Source: Blastocatellia bacterium
GTDB taxonomy: Bacteria > Acidobacteriota > Blastocatellia > UBA7656
DNA length: 64,000 nt
Direction: 5' to 3'
Assembly: GCA_035275065.1 (NCBI GenBank)
Contig: DATENM010000150.1
Span: 80,620 to 144,619 of the forward strand
Shown: positions 1 through 9,826 of the stretch, in pieces
How the letters are laid out: every line of letters begins with the position of its first letter
Numbering within the stretch: the first letter of the stretch is position 1
Made by a program: the position numbers and the translations under genes
Notes under the pieces: generated by a model
Seen by the model: the letters and a program-made list of their open reading frames with translations, nothing else
Databases searched by the model: none
What the model was told of the DNA's origin: nothing

Positions 1-637
1 CGCCCGGCGTCAGGTCGCGCACGCCGCCCGATGCGACGTCCGCCAGAAAGACGTGGGTGCGCATCCCGTCTTTCCAATCCGTCCAGTGGCGATAAAGCAG
101 CGAATCGGCCATGTGCGCCTTTAGCGGGCCGTTCGACCAGGCTTCGGCGATGCGCTTGTTGCAGGCGTCGTCGCCATTGCATTCGGGATAGACATCGGTT
201 GAGAAGGCGAGCCATTTGCCGTCAGGCGACCACAGCGGGTCGGCCACCCCGGTCGAGATGTTGGTGACGCGACGCGCTTCGCCGCCTGTAGCCGCCATTA
301 CATAAAGATTCGGGCTGCCGTCGCGGTCGCTGATGAAGGCGATCCAGCGACCATCGGGCGAATAGACGGGCGAGCTGGAGCTCTTGTCGCCCTGCGTGAT
401 CTGCCGGGCATTGCGCCCATCGGCATCCATCAGCCAGATTTGCGTCAGCCGTTTGGCGCGCGCCAAATCCGAGGTCGAAACCGTGTAGAGAATCGTCCGG
501 CCATCCGGCGACAGATGCACGTCCGGGATCGCTTTGACGCGGTAGAGGTCTTCGATGCTGAAGGCGCGCTTTTGCGCCTGCGCCGCGCCCAGCGGCAGAA
601 CCAGTAAGAGTGCCAGTAAGATCAGTTGTCGTTTCAT
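1..637 (-). CDS. S9-type peptidase / TolB-like beta-propeller protein, N-terminal part (3' end runs off the window)
   Basis: Absent from the ORF track because there is no stop in the window. My reverse translation from the ATG at 637 gives MKRQLILLALLLVLPLGAAQAQKRAFSIEDLYRVKAIPDVHLSPDGRTILY...YSPDGRWIAFISDRDGSPNLYVM...WSPDGKWLAF. This is a signal peptide followed by repeated SPDG propeller blades. Confidence 0.7.
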   Translation of the reverse strand, partial: MKRQLILLALLLVLPLGAAQAQKRAFSIEDLYRVKAIPDVHLSPDGRTILYTVSTSDLARAKRLTQIWLMDADGRNARQITQGDKSSSSPVYSPDGRWIAFISDRDGSPNLYVMAATGGEARRVTNISTGVADPLWSPDGKWLAFSTDVYPECNGDDACNKRIAEAWSNGPLKAHMADSLLYRHWTDWKDGMRTHVFLADVASGGVRDLTPG

Positions 638-664
638 GAGAATCGCTCCTTGTCGTGCTGCGGA

Positions 665-1531
665 TCAATGATTGACCGCGTCAGCTTTCAAACCGGTGAG
701 CCGTGCGCTTTCGGCCCACAATCGTTGCGCCACGTCGTCGTCCCGCGCTTCGGCTGACGGCAGGACTTCGGCGCAGCGGACGAAATACTTGCCGGTGGTG
801 GCTTCGACCGCCGGCGAGCTGGCCAGATAAACGGAAGTCTGCGCGCCTTTTTCGGGACTCATCGTAACGAGCTTGATGATCGCTTCGAGGGGTTTCGGCA
901 GGGCGCGAAAGATGCCGGTGGCGACCGCGCCCGGGTGCAGAGAGTTGACCGTCACGCCCGTGCCCTTGAGCCGCCGCGCCAGCTCGCGCGTGAACAGGAT
1001 GTTTGCCAGCTTCGAGTGACAATAAGCCCGGACGCCGCTGTACTGCTGCTCGCCTTGCAGGTTGTCAAAGTTGATGTGACCGCTGGCGTGCGCGCCCGAC
1101 GCGACGTTGACGACGCGCGACGGCGCGCTCCGCTTCAGCAAGTCGAGCAGCAGGTTGGTCAGCAGAAAGTAGCCGAGGTGATTTGTGGCAAACGTCGTTT
1201 CCAATCCGTCAACGGTCGTCGCGCGCTTACGCAGATAGACGCCGGCGTTGTTGACCAGCACGTCCAAGCGCGGGTGCGTCGCTCTGAACTCATGGGCAAA
1301 GCGATGAATGTCAGCTTGCGATGACAGGTCGCAAAGCATCAGCTCGATGCGGTCATTGCCGGTCGCCTGTTTAATCCCCGCCATCGCGGCTTCGCCACGC
1401 GCGCGGTCGCGGCAGACCATCACGACTTGCGCGCCCTGCCGCGCCAGCTCAAGCGCCGTGATACGGCCTATGCCGCTGTTGGCGCCGGTGACGATGCAAA
1501 CTTTGCCCTGCATATTCGCGGTGTCGCTCAT
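665..1531 (-). CDS. short-chain dehydrogenase/reductase (SDR) family oxidoreductase
   Basis: Has the N-terminal TGANSGIG Rossmann motif, NNAG, and the catalytic YCHSK (YxxxK) motif. Length of 288 aa is typical of classical SDRs. Confidence 0.9.
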   Translation of the reverse strand: MSDTANMQGKVCIVTGANSGIGRITALELARQGAQVVMVCRDRARGEAAMAGIKQATGNDRIELMLCDLSSQADIHRFAHEFRATHPRLDVLVNNAGVYLRKRATTVDGLETTFATNHLGYFLLTNLLLDLLKRSAPSRVVNVASGAHASGHINFDNLQGEQQYSGVRAYCHSKLANILFTRELARRLKGTGVTVNSLHPGAVATGIFRALPKPLEAIIKLVTMSPEKGAQTSVYLASSPAVEATTGKYFVRCAEVLPSAEARDDDVAQRLWAESARLTGLKADAVNH

Positions 1532-1538
1532 AGGGTGA

Positions 1539-2690
1539 TCAATCTCCCAGCGCCTGCTCGAAATCGGCGATCAAGTCTTCGGGCGCTTCGATGCCGACCG
1601 AAACGCGGATCAGGCTGTCGGAGATGCCGAGCCGCGCCCGGTCCGCCGGCGCCATTCCCGAATGCGAAGTGGTTGCGGGCCGCGTGATCAACGTCTCGAC
1701 GCCGCCGAGACTGGGCGCGACGATGGGCAGATGGACGCGCCTGGTGACGCGGTCGGCGGCCTCGATGCCGCCCTCGACTTCAAAGCTCAGCACCCCGCCG
1801 AAACCGGCGAACAGCTCGCGCGCCCGACCGTGTTGCGGGTGGCTCTCAAGCCCCGCGTAGTTGACGTGCGTGACCCGCGGGTGCTTCTCCAAAAACTGCG
1901 CCAGCCGCAAGGCGCTGTCGTTTTGATAGCGCACTCGTAAGGCCAGCGTCTTCATGCCGCGATGCAGCAGGAAGGCGGCGTGCGGGTCCATCGAGCCGCC
2001 CAGGTGGTTGAGCTTGTGCGTGATCTTTTCGATTAAGTCGCGGCTGCCGACGACCGCGCCGGCGACGATGTCCGAATGGCCATTCAGGTATTTGGTGCCG
2101 CTGTGCAGCGAGAGATCAAAGCCAACCTCTGCCGGGCGAAAGTTGATCGGGCTGGCGAAGGTGTTATCAATGATCGTCACCAGGCCGTGGGCTTTGGCAA
2201 AACGCACGACCGCCTTCAGATCGGCGACCTGCAAGGTCGGGTTCGTCATGGCTTCGACGTAGATGGCGCGGGTGTTGGGCCGCAGCCGGGCTTCCCACGA
2301 ATCCGGGTCGTCACCGATGAAGTCATAGCTGAGGCCGAAGCGCGCGAAGTCTTTGGTCAGCAGGTCGTGCGTGCCGCCGTAGAGACAATCCTGCGCCAGC
2401 AGATGATCGCCTGCCCCAAGCACTGTAAGCAACGTTGTCGAAATCGCCGCCATGCCGCTTGCCGTGACCAGTGCGGCTTCGGCGTTTTCGAGCGCCGCCA
2501 GTTTCTCGTGCAGCACCTGGTGGTTCGGGGTGTTGTTCAGGCGAATGTATTTGATGTCGTGATAACTGGTCTCGCCGGCGTACTCGAACATTGCCGATTG
2601 AAAGATCGGCATGGCCACCGCGCCGTGGATGCGCGGCGAGACTTCGCCGGCGTGAATGATCTTGGTTTCGATGCGGTCGTATTCCGCCAT
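1539..2690 (-). CDS. Cys/Met-metabolism PLP-dependent enzyme (cystathionine gamma-synthase/beta-lyase/methionine gamma-lyase family)
   Basis: The 383-aa product carries SGTKYLNGHSD (PLP lysine) and DNTFASP motifs with family-typical length. It lies 8 nt upstream of the SDR gene on the same strand. Confidence 0.9.
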   Translation of the reverse strand: MAEYDRIETKIIHAGEVSPRIHGAVAMPIFQSAMFEYAGETSYHDIKYIRLNNTPNHQVLHEKLAALENAEAALVTASGMAAISTTLLTVLGAGDHLLAQDCLYGGTHDLLTKDFARFGLSYDFIGDDPDSWEARLRPNTRAIYVEAMTNPTLQVADLKAVVRFAKAHGLVTIIDNTFASPINFRPAEVGFDLSLHSGTKYLNGHSDIVAGAVVGSRDLIEKITHKLNHLGGSMDPHAAFLLHRGMKTLALRVRYQNDSALRLAQFLEKHPRVTHVNYAGLESHPQHGRARELFAGFGGVLSFEVEGGIEAADRVTRRVHLPIVAPSLGGVETLITRPATTSHSGMAPADRARLGISDSLIRVSVGIEAPEDLIADFEQALGD

Positions 2691-2908
2691 GACTTCTCCT
2701 CCAGATGAATCTGCGCAGGCCGCTGTTGAAGACAGTAAGCCGCGACGGGCGTGAAATCAACCCCGATGATAGAATGGATGCGCGATGCCAGGCAATCAGT
2801 GGCCTCGATGGCTTTCGGCGGCGCCAGGCCCCGGCCATCGAGTGTTGCGTGGCAGCGATGACTTTGATGCTCAAAGATGCCGGATTCTTTTGAAGGGGGC
2901 AGATCAGA

Positions 2909-3772
2909 ATGAGAAAGGCTTTCGTTGTTGTCGTGGGGGTGTTGCTGGCGGCGGGCGCGGCCTACGCGCAGGACTCGCACGCCGCCCACGCCGAGCACAT
3001 GACGGTTTCGATGATGGCGCAGGACTGGGCCAAGCAGAAGCTCGACAAGTCGCCGCGCCATCAGGAATGGGTGCAGGTCAAGCAGGGCAGCCGCACCGTC
3101 AACGCGTTCATCGTCTTTCCCGAAGTGAAGAAGAAAGCGACGGCGGTGGTCGTCATTCATGAAATCTTTGGCCTATCGGACTGGGTGCGCGGCGTCGCCG
3201 ATCAACTGGCCGAAGCCGGTTACATCGCTATTGCCCCCGACTTGCTGTCGGGCATGGGGCCGCAGGGCGGCGGGTCGAGCGAATTTGCCGACCGCGGCGC
3301 TGTCACCCAGGCGGTCCAGAAGCTGCCTGCGGATCAGGTGACGGCGGACTTGCAGGCGGTGGCCGATTTCGTCGCCAAGCTGCCGGCGGCCAATGGCAAG
3401 GTCGCGGTAGGGGGCTTCTGCTGGGGCGGCAGCCAGACCTTCCGCTTTGCCACCAACCGGCCCAGCCTTGTCGCGGCGTTCGTCTTCTACGGCACAGGCC
3501 CGGACAATGCCGAAGCCATCGCCCGGATCAAAGCGCCGGTCTATGGCTTCTATGGCGGCAACGATGCGCGAGTGACGGCGACGGTGGCCAAGAGCACGGA
3601 CCTGATGAAAGCGGCAGGCAAGAAGTACGAGCCGGTGACCTATGAAGGCGCAGGCCACGGCTTCATGCGCTCGGGCGAAGACCCGACCGCAACCGATGCC
3701 AACAAGGAGGCGAACAAGAAAGCGCACGACGAAGCCTGGACGCGCTGGAAAGCCATCCTCAAGAAGCTCTGA
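2909..3772 (+). CDS. dienelactone hydrolase family protein (secreted)
   Basis: Has a signal peptide (MRKAFVVVVGVLLAAGAAYA), VVVIHEIFGLSDW, a GGFCWGG nucleophile elbow and a C-terminal GAGHGF motif. Confidence 0.85.
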   Translation: MRKAFVVVVGVLLAAGAAYAQDSHAAHAEHMTVSMMAQDWAKQKLDKSPRHQEWVQVKQGSRTVNAFIVFPEVKKKATAVVVIHEIFGLSDWVRGVADQLAEAGYIAIAPDLLSGMGPQGGGSSEFADRGAVTQAVQKLPADQVTADLQAVADFVAKLPAANGKVAVGGFCWGGSQTFRFATNRPSLVAAFVFYGTGPDNAEAIARIKAPVYGFYGGNDARVTATVAKSTDLMKAAGKKYEPVTYEGAGHGFMRSGEDPTATDANKEANKKAHDEAWTRWKAILKKL

Positions 3773-3923
3773 GCCGTGACTGATACGGGCGAACTTGCCG
3801 GCGAATGCCACCACGTCGAAATCGGTTGGGCTCCACTCGCCGGTAAGTTTGCTCGTCACCGCGTGTCAAGCATGGTTTTGAAGTTTGTTTGACAAGCTCG
3901 CGACTGGTCATACGATAATCCTG

Positions 3924-4511
3924 ATGATGGCCGCATACCCGAAAGATTTTCCGCGCCACCACTACACGCTGGAGGAATACTTTGCCCTCGAACATGCCAG
4001 CGACGCGCGCTACGAATACTGGGATGGCGACATCCTCTGCATGAGTGGCGGCACCGCGCGCCATTACACAATCAGCGACAATCTTTTCCTCAAATTGACA
4101 AGCTTAGTGCAAGGCCAGAATTGCCGAGCATTCAGTGGCGCTGTGCCGATTCAAACGCCGTCGTTACCGCCTTACCGTTACCCTGATGCCAGCGTCGTCT
4201 ACGGCAAGCCGGTCTTTGTCAACATCAGCGGCATTGACGCGCTGACCAATCCCATTCTCGTCATCGAAGTCCTCTCGCCCGGCACCGAGCAGTTTGATAA
4301 AACGGCGAAACGGGACGCCTACCAAAAGCTTGCGAGTCTCAAGGAATATCTGATCGTTGCCCAGGACGCACCGCACATCACTCGATACCATCGTCAGGGC
4401 CGCCGCTGGCTGCGCCAGGACTTCAGCGACCTGAAGGCATCGCTTGACCTCACCTCGATCAACAATCAGATGCTGATTGCCGACATCTATGCAGGCATCA
4501 CGTTCGATTAA
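3924..4511 (+). CDS. Uma2 family (DUF820) putative endonuclease
   Basis: HHYTLEEYFALEHASDARYEYWDGDI and a later IEVLSPGT...D...K..Y pattern are typical of Uma2. The ORF track starts at a TTG at 3885; I prefer the in-frame ATG at 3924. Confidence 0.8.
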   Translation: MMAAYPKDFPRHHYTLEEYFALEHASDARYEYWDGDILCMSGGTARHYTISDNLFLKLTSLVQGQNCRAFSGAVPIQTPSLPPYRYPDASVVYGKPVFVNISGIDALTNPILVIEVLSPGTEQFDKTAKRDAYQKLASLKEYLIVAQDAPHITRYHRQGRRWLRQDFSDLKASLDLTSINNQMLIADIYAGITFD

Positions 4512-4828
4512 CCTGTCGGGCGCGGCAGCTTGAGCTAGCGTCGCCGCTCATCCTCTTTCAAACCCTCTGATCGCTCACCGCAGCAAGGCGGGCAACCTCT
4601 TCGCCGCGTCTACATCTAACGCGCTCGGTGAGAAGCCAACCACCGTCACGTTGAAGTGATTCGGCGCAGCCATTGCGATGGCGGTTTCCTACAGTGCGGC
4701 TGCGTCAAAGATCGAGGCAACGCCCTCGGTCTGAGATTGTCCGTAGGCTCAGCCTATAAGCCAAAGAGGGCCGGCCCTCGACAAACCGGCGGGCAACGCG
4801 GTTTGCCTGTGTGAGCGGAGGTGTGTTT

Positions 4829-6811
4829 ATGCAACCCAAGGTCAGGAATTTCTGTTTGCTGCTGATTGCGCTCGCCGTCTTTACGGTTCCCGGTTCCGCG
4901 CAGAACCCGAAAGATCAAACACTGTCGCCGTACTTCTTCGTGCAGGGAGACCCTGGCGTTGATCGCCTGCCGCTCAAAGACACGCACGTCGAGATAGACG
5001 TTTCCGGCATCATCGCCGACGTCACGGTACGGCAAACCTATCGCAACGAAGGCGCGCGGCCCATCAATGCGCGCTACGTTTTCCCTGCCTCGACGCGCGC
5101 CGCCGTCTACGCCATGCGCATGCAGATCGGCGATCAAGTGATCGTCGCCAAGATCAAAGAGCGCGACAAAGCCAAACAGGAATTCGAGGTGGCCAAACAG
5201 CAAGGCAAAAGCGCCTCGCTGCTCGAAGAAGATCGGCCCAATGTCTTTTCGATGAGCCTCGCCAACATCATGCCCGGCGATCAGGTCGAGATCGAGCTGC
5301 GCTATACCGAGCTGCTGGTGCCGACCGACGGCGTCTATGAAGTGGTCTTCCCGACGGTCGTCGGGCCGCGCTACTCGGCGCAGCCTGAATCGAGCGCGTC
5401 ACCTGAAGACCGCTTTGTGAAATCCCCATACCTCAGGCAAGGCGTCACGCCGACGAGCGGGTTTCACCTGTCGGCGAGAATTTCAGCCGGCGTTCCCATA
5501 CGCGACTTGAGCTGTGCGTCGCACACCGTTGTTCCGCAATGGCAGAGCCCGAGCATTGCCCGGCTGACGTTGGACGACTCTGACCCGGCGCAGGGGAATC
5601 GTGACTTCATCCTGCGCTACCGGCTGGCCGGCGAGCAGATCGCCTCGGGCCTTATCCTCTATCAAGGCAAGGACGAGAACTTCTTCCTTTACATGGCGCA
5701 GCCGCCGGCGCGCGTCGCCAGCGCCGACATTCCTGTGCGCGAGTACATTTTCGTGGTTGACGTATCGGGCTCGATGAACGGCTTCCCGCTCGATACGGCC
5801 AAGGTCCTGCTGCGCGAGCTGATCGGGCAGTTGCGGCCCACGGACCTCTTCAATGTCGTGTTGTTCGCCGGCGACGCCGCCGTGCTTTCCGAGCGCTCGC
5901 TGCCGGCAGACCCTGAGAACATCTCGAAAGCGATTGGCTTGATCGAACAGCAACGCGGCGGCGGCGGCACCGAGCTACTCGCGGCCATTCAACAAGCCAT
6001 GACGGTCCCACGGCAGGCGGACGTTTCGCGCAGCGTCGTGCTGGTGACCGATGGTTATGTTTCGGGCGAGAAGGGCGTCTTCGATTACGTGCGCGATCAC
6101 CTCGCTCAGTGCAACGTCTTCGCCTTCGGCATCGGCTCGTCGGTGAACCGCTATCTCATCGAAGGCGTCGCCAAAGCCGGCCTCGGCGAAGCCTTCGTCG
6201 TCACTCAGGCGGAAGAAGCCGGGGCGCAAGCGAACAAGTTCCGCGACTATATTCAGAGCCCCGTCTTAACCGACATTCAATTCAGCGCCAGCGGCTTTGA
6301 TATCTATGATGTGCAGCCGTCACACGTCCCTGACCTGTTCGCGCAGCGCCCGGTCATCCTCTTCGGCAAGTGGCGCGGGCCAGTCGGCGGAACGTTTGAG
6401 TTACGCGGCAAGACAGGGCAGGGAGAATACTCGACTCGCGTAGAGATCGCGGCAACGCAGCCGGATGACGCCAACCGCGCCTTGCGTTACCTGTGGGCGC
6501 GGTCGCGAATCGCTGAGCTGTCTGATTACGGCTCCGGCGAGCTAGACGCAGAGCGGATCAGCGCCGTCACCGCCCTCGGCTTGCGGTACAACCTGTTGAC
6601 GCCTTACACCTCGTTCATCGCGGTTCGCGAAGTCGTCAGGAATACGCAAGGGTCGGCTGAAGACGTAGATCAACCGCTGCCGCTGCCGCAAGGCGTGAGC
6701 GATCTAGCAGTCAGCGGCACACAGAGCGGCGATGAGCCGGAGTTGATCTGGCTGATGGCGGCGACCATGCTGATCGCCCTGTTGATGATCGTCAGGCGGC
6801 GGCTTGTATGA
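4829..6811 (+). CDS. secreted VIT + von Willebrand factor A domain protein with C-terminal PEP-CTERM-like sorting tail
   Basis: A GGAGGTG RBS precedes the ATG at 4829 and a signal peptide follows. The N-terminal layout is VIT-like, and the vWA MIDAS motif is DVSGSM. The C-terminus is GDEPELIWLMAATMLIALLMIVRRRLV. Confidence 0.85.
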   Translation: MQPKVRNFCLLLIALAVFTVPGSAQNPKDQTLSPYFFVQGDPGVDRLPLKDTHVEIDVSGIIADVTVRQTYRNEGARPINARYVFPASTRAAVYAMRMQIGDQVIVAKIKERDKAKQEFEVAKQQGKSASLLEEDRPNVFSMSLANIMPGDQVEIELRYTELLVPTDGVYEVVFPTVVGPRYSAQPESSASPEDRFVKSPYLRQGVTPTSGFHLSARISAGVPIRDLSCASHTVVPQWQSPSIARLTLDDSDPAQGNRDFILRYRLAGEQIASGLILYQGKDENFFLYMAQPPARVASADIPVREYIFVVDVSGSMNGFPLDTAKVLLRELIGQLRPTDLFNVVLFAGDAAVLSERSLPADPENISKAIGLIEQQRGGGGTELLAAIQQAMTVPRQADVSRSVVLVTDGYVSGEKGVFDYVRDHLAQCNVFAFGIGSSVNRYLIEGVAKAGLGEAFVVTQAEEAGAQANKFRDYIQSPVLTDIQFSASGFDIYDVQPSHVPDLFAQRPVILFGKWRGPVGGTFELRGKTGQGEYSTRVEIAATQPDDANRALRYLWARSRIAELSDYGSGELDAERISAVTALGLRYNLLTPYTSFIAVREVVRNTQGSAEDVDQPLPLPQGVSDLAVSGTQSGDEPELIWLMAATMLIALLMIVRRRLV

Positions 6812-7545
6812 AACTGAAATTGACATGGAGCCAGGTCGCGCAGTGGGCCATCGTGCTGCTCTGCGTCCTGGCGCTCAAGCTCTATTACGCGCAGGCGAGC
6901 GCCGATCAGTTGCGGTGGGTGCTGGCTCCGACGACGCTGCTGGTCGAGACCGTCAGCGGCACGTCGTTCGAGTTCGAGCCGCATGCGGGCTATCTCAGCG
7001 AGGATCGCCGCTTCCTGATCGCGCCTGCCTGCGCCGGGATTAATTTCTTGATCGCGGCCTTCTTGATGCTCGCGGTGCGCAGGCTTTGGCGAGACCGGGC
7101 GCAGGGCAGCGGCTGGGCGTTTATCCCTGCGGCGGCGCTGATTGCCTATGTGACGACATTGATCGCCAACGCCGCGCGCATCAGTATCGCCTTGCGGCTG
7201 GCGCGGCGACAGCCAGTCGCCGGCCTGAGCCCCGAAGCGCTGCACCGCGCCGAAGGCATCGTCGTCTACTTCGGTTTTCTATTGCTGGTGTTTGTGATTG
7301 GCGAAAAGATGAATGCGGAAAAGAGTCGCGGCCTGTGGCGGCAGTCTCTATTCCCGCTGGCGGTCTATTACGCAACCGCCTTAGGCATGCCGCTAGCGAA
7401 TGGCGCATACCGCCAGGGCGCTGACTTCTGGGAGCATGCGGTCTTCGTCTTGCTGATTCCCTTGCTGCTGATCCTGCCCTTCGCCCTGGCTCGCCGGCTG
7501 CGGATGGGCGTTATGCAACGGGGAAGTTTTCAAGGCGGTCAATAA
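6808..7545 (+). CDS. exosortase/archaeosortase-family membrane transpeptidase-like protein
   Basis: Its start overlaps the upstream stop by 4 nt (ATGA). The protein is polytopic and carries IAPACAGINF (Cys) and ANAARISI (Arg) motifs arranged as in exosortases. Confidence 0.7.
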   Translation: MKLKLTWSQVAQWAIVLLCVLALKLYYAQASADQLRWVLAPTTLLVETVSGTSFEFEPHAGYLSEDRRFLIAPACAGINFLIAAFLMLAVRRLWRDRAQGSGWAFIPAAALIAYVTTLIANAARISIALRLARRQPVAGLSPEALHRAEGIVVYFGFLLLVFVIGEKMNAEKSRGLWRQSLFPLAVYYATALGMPLANGAYRQGADFWEHAVFVLLIPLLLILPFALARRLRMGVMQRGSFQGGQ

Positions 7546-9460
7546 AGTCGCGGTCAATCTCGACGTCCGCATCAAAGCCGAAGACCCGCGAATAAAAGTA
7601 AAGCTCGCCCTCAAGGGTGCGCTTGATGTTGGCCGCTTGCCGAAAGCCGTGCGCCTCGCCGGCGAAGGCGACATAGGCCACCGGCAAGCCTTTGGCTTTC
7701 GCCGCTTCATACAACATCTCGGATTGATTCGGCGGCACCACTTTGTCTTCGAGCCCTTGAAAAAGGATGATCGGGCAGGAGAGGCGGTCGGTGTGGTGAA
7801 TCGGCGAGCGCGCTTTGTAAAGCTCCAGACTCTCCGGGTAGGGGCCGATCATGCTGTGGTTGTAGCGCGACTCGAACTTGTGGCAATCCTGTTCGAGCAA
7901 CTCAAGGTCACTGATGCCGTAATAGCTGGCGCCGGCTTTGAAGAAATCATGGAACGTCAGCGCCGCCAGCGTCGTGTAGCCGCCGGCGCTGCCGCCGCGA
8001 ATGATCAGGCGCTCGCGGTCGGCCTTGCCTTGCTCGACCAGAAAGCGCGCGCCGTTGATGCAGTCTTCGACGTCCGTGATTCCCCAGTTGCCATTCAACC
8101 GCTCGCGGTAAGCGCGACCGTAGCCGGTGCTGCCGCCATAGTTCACGTCCAGCACCCCAAATCCGCGGCTCGTCCAGTATTGAATGCTGAGCTTGAGCGT
8201 CGTCGTCGCCGCGCTGGTCGGCCCGCCATGACTGATGACAATCAGCGGCGGCTTCTCGCCCGCGGGCGCTTCGTAATCTCGATTACGCGGCGCGTAGAAG
8301 AAGGCGAAGGCCGTCAGCCCGCCCGCGGTTGGGAATTCGACGGTTTCAGGGAGCGATAGATAATCCGCATCCACCTCAATCGTGCCGGAGCGGCGCAGCT
8401 CGGTACTCGCTCGCGTCGTCAGATCAAGCTCGACAACCGCCATGGTCGCGGCAGGCGAGCCGCCGCAGAAGACGACGCGGTCGCCGCTGACGCGCAGGCT
8501 GTTGATCTCTGTGTACGGCGCCGCCATCGGCTCAAGCCGCCGCGTGTTGGTGTCGAGCAAGCCGAGCCGCCAGTTGCCCTGCTCGTTGAAAGCGCAGACG
8601 ATCTGCTCGGCAGAAGCAAAGCCGTAGGTCGCCATGCGGAAACCCCATTGCGGCATGCCGAACTCGGCGGGCATCTCGCAGAGCGTTTCCGCGCGCCCAT
8701 CGTCATAACGATAAAGGTTCCACCAGCCTGTGGGGTCAGAGACGAAATGCAAGCGACCGTCGGGCGACCATTCGGGTTGAAAGACCGACTCGCGCACGCC
8801 GCCGGCAACCCGCCGCCGCTCGCCAAGCGAGCCGTCATTGTTGATTTCAGCAAGCCATAGCTCTGTGCCGTCCCACGGCAAGTTCGGGTGATTCCACGCC
8901 AGCCACACCAGCCATCGGCCATCCGGGCTGAGGCGCGGCGACGAGTAAAAATCATTGCCTTCGACCAAGACCGTGCCGGCGTCGTCGCCGTCAAGGTTGA
9001 TGCTGACGAGGGTATTGAGGCAATCGTGATCTGACTGGCGGTGGTCTTCGCGCACACAGATCATGCGGTTGTGCCTGGCATCGATCACGCCGTCGGCATA
9101 GCGCATCTTCTCTGTCGTGGTGATGGGCTGCGGCTCGGCACCGCGGGCTTGCCGGTAGAGGCGCTGGTCACTGAAGTTTGAAAAGTAGACGATGCCGTTC
9201 AGCACCGCGTAAGCGCCGCCGCCGTATTCGTGAACCGTGGTGCGGGCGTTGAACGCCGGCGGTGTGATGTCCTCGGTGGTGCCGTCGGGCGCGCGCCGCA
9301 CGATGCAGTTGCGCCCGCGCTCTGCGGCCCGGCCTTCGATCCAGTAGATGTCGCTGCCGTCGAGCGCCACTTCGCTCAGGTTGATGGTGCCGGCGACGAT
9401 CAAGTCGGCGGTGATCGGCGATTTCCACGAGCCGTAAGGAGCAATGATTTTTTCTGCCAT
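7511..9460 (-). CDS. S9 family peptidase (prolyl oligopeptidase/acylaminoacyl peptidase type)
   Basis: 649 aa with an N-terminal propeller (SPDGRW, WSPDGR) and a C-terminal alpha/beta hydrolase domain carrying GGSAGGY (GxSxGG) plus Asp/His region motifs. Confidence 0.9.
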   Translation of the reverse strand: MAEKIIAPYGSWKSPITADLIVAGTINLSEVALDGSDIYWIEGRAAERGRNCIVRRAPDGTTEDITPPAFNARTTVHEYGGGAYAVLNGIVYFSNFSDQRLYRQARGAEPQPITTTEKMRYADGVIDARHNRMICVREDHRQSDHDCLNTLVSINLDGDDAGTVLVEGNDFYSSPRLSPDGRWLVWLAWNHPNLPWDGTELWLAEINNDGSLGERRRVAGGVRESVFQPEWSPDGRLHFVSDPTGWWNLYRYDDGRAETLCEMPAEFGMPQWGFRMATYGFASAEQIVCAFNEQGNWRLGLLDTNTRRLEPMAAPYTEINSLRVSGDRVVFCGGSPAATMAVVELDLTTRASTELRRSGTIEVDADYLSLPETVEFPTAGGLTAFAFFYAPRNRDYEAPAGEKPPLIVISHGGPTSAATTTLKLSIQYWTSRGFGVLDVNYGGSTGYGRAYRERLNGNWGITDVEDCINGARFLVEQGKADRERLIIRGGSAGGYTTLAALTFHDFFKAGASYYGISDLELLEQDCHKFESRYNHSMIGPYPESLELYKARSPIHHTDRLSCPIILFQGLEDKVVPPNQSEMLYEAAKAKGLPVAYVAFAGEAHGFRQAANIKRTLEGELYFYSRVFGFDADVEIDRDFIDRLENFPVA

Positions 9461-9499
9461 ACGATCTACCCTATCTCCCTTGTCGCGGTCTCATCACTT

Positions 9500-9826
9500 T
9501 CAACTCATCACTTCCTTCCCGTCACCTGTCACATCAAAGATCAGCACGCGTGTCCAGTAGCGCGAGCATTCTTGCCGGAAGCGGTCGTGCGTTTCGTGTA
9601 CCTGATAAACGTCGTGCCCCTGCTGGTCGTCAAATAGCAGGACCATGCCATAGCTGTAACTGCGCTCTATGATCGGACGGTCGGTGTCCGCGGGCACGCC
9701 GATGTGCGCCTGGCGCACGCTGTCGATAGCGGCAATCGCTCGCAACTGGCTAAGGAAATCTTCAAGCTCTTCGGCGGATAGTCCTTCTTTCAACCAGAAG
9801 TAAACCGAATGAACCAGCATCAGCAA
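9500..9826 (-). CDS. Dabb (stress-responsive alpha/beta barrel) family protein
   Basis: 108 aa starting MLVHSVYFWLKEGLSAEELEDF, with a later H..F pattern typical of the Dabb domain. Confidence 0.75.
   Translation of the reverse strand: MLMLVHSVYFWLKEGLSAEELEDFLSQLRAIAAIDSVRQAHIGVPADTDRPIIERSYSYGMVLLFDDQQGHDVYQVHETHDRFRQECSRYWTRVLIFDVTGDGKEVMS

Noticed and set aside
222-668. 148-aa minus-strand track ORF at the left edge
   Set aside because: Another minus-strand frame starting at the ATG at 637 gives a clean signal peptide and SPDG propeller repeats. The track ORF is Arg/Ala-rich off-frame noise.
3885-4511. Uma2 endonuclease as part of a restriction or defence module
   Set aside because: It is a stand-alone gene with core-like composition, flanked by hydrolase and vWA genes. 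Uma2 genes are commonly solitary and abundant in such genomes.
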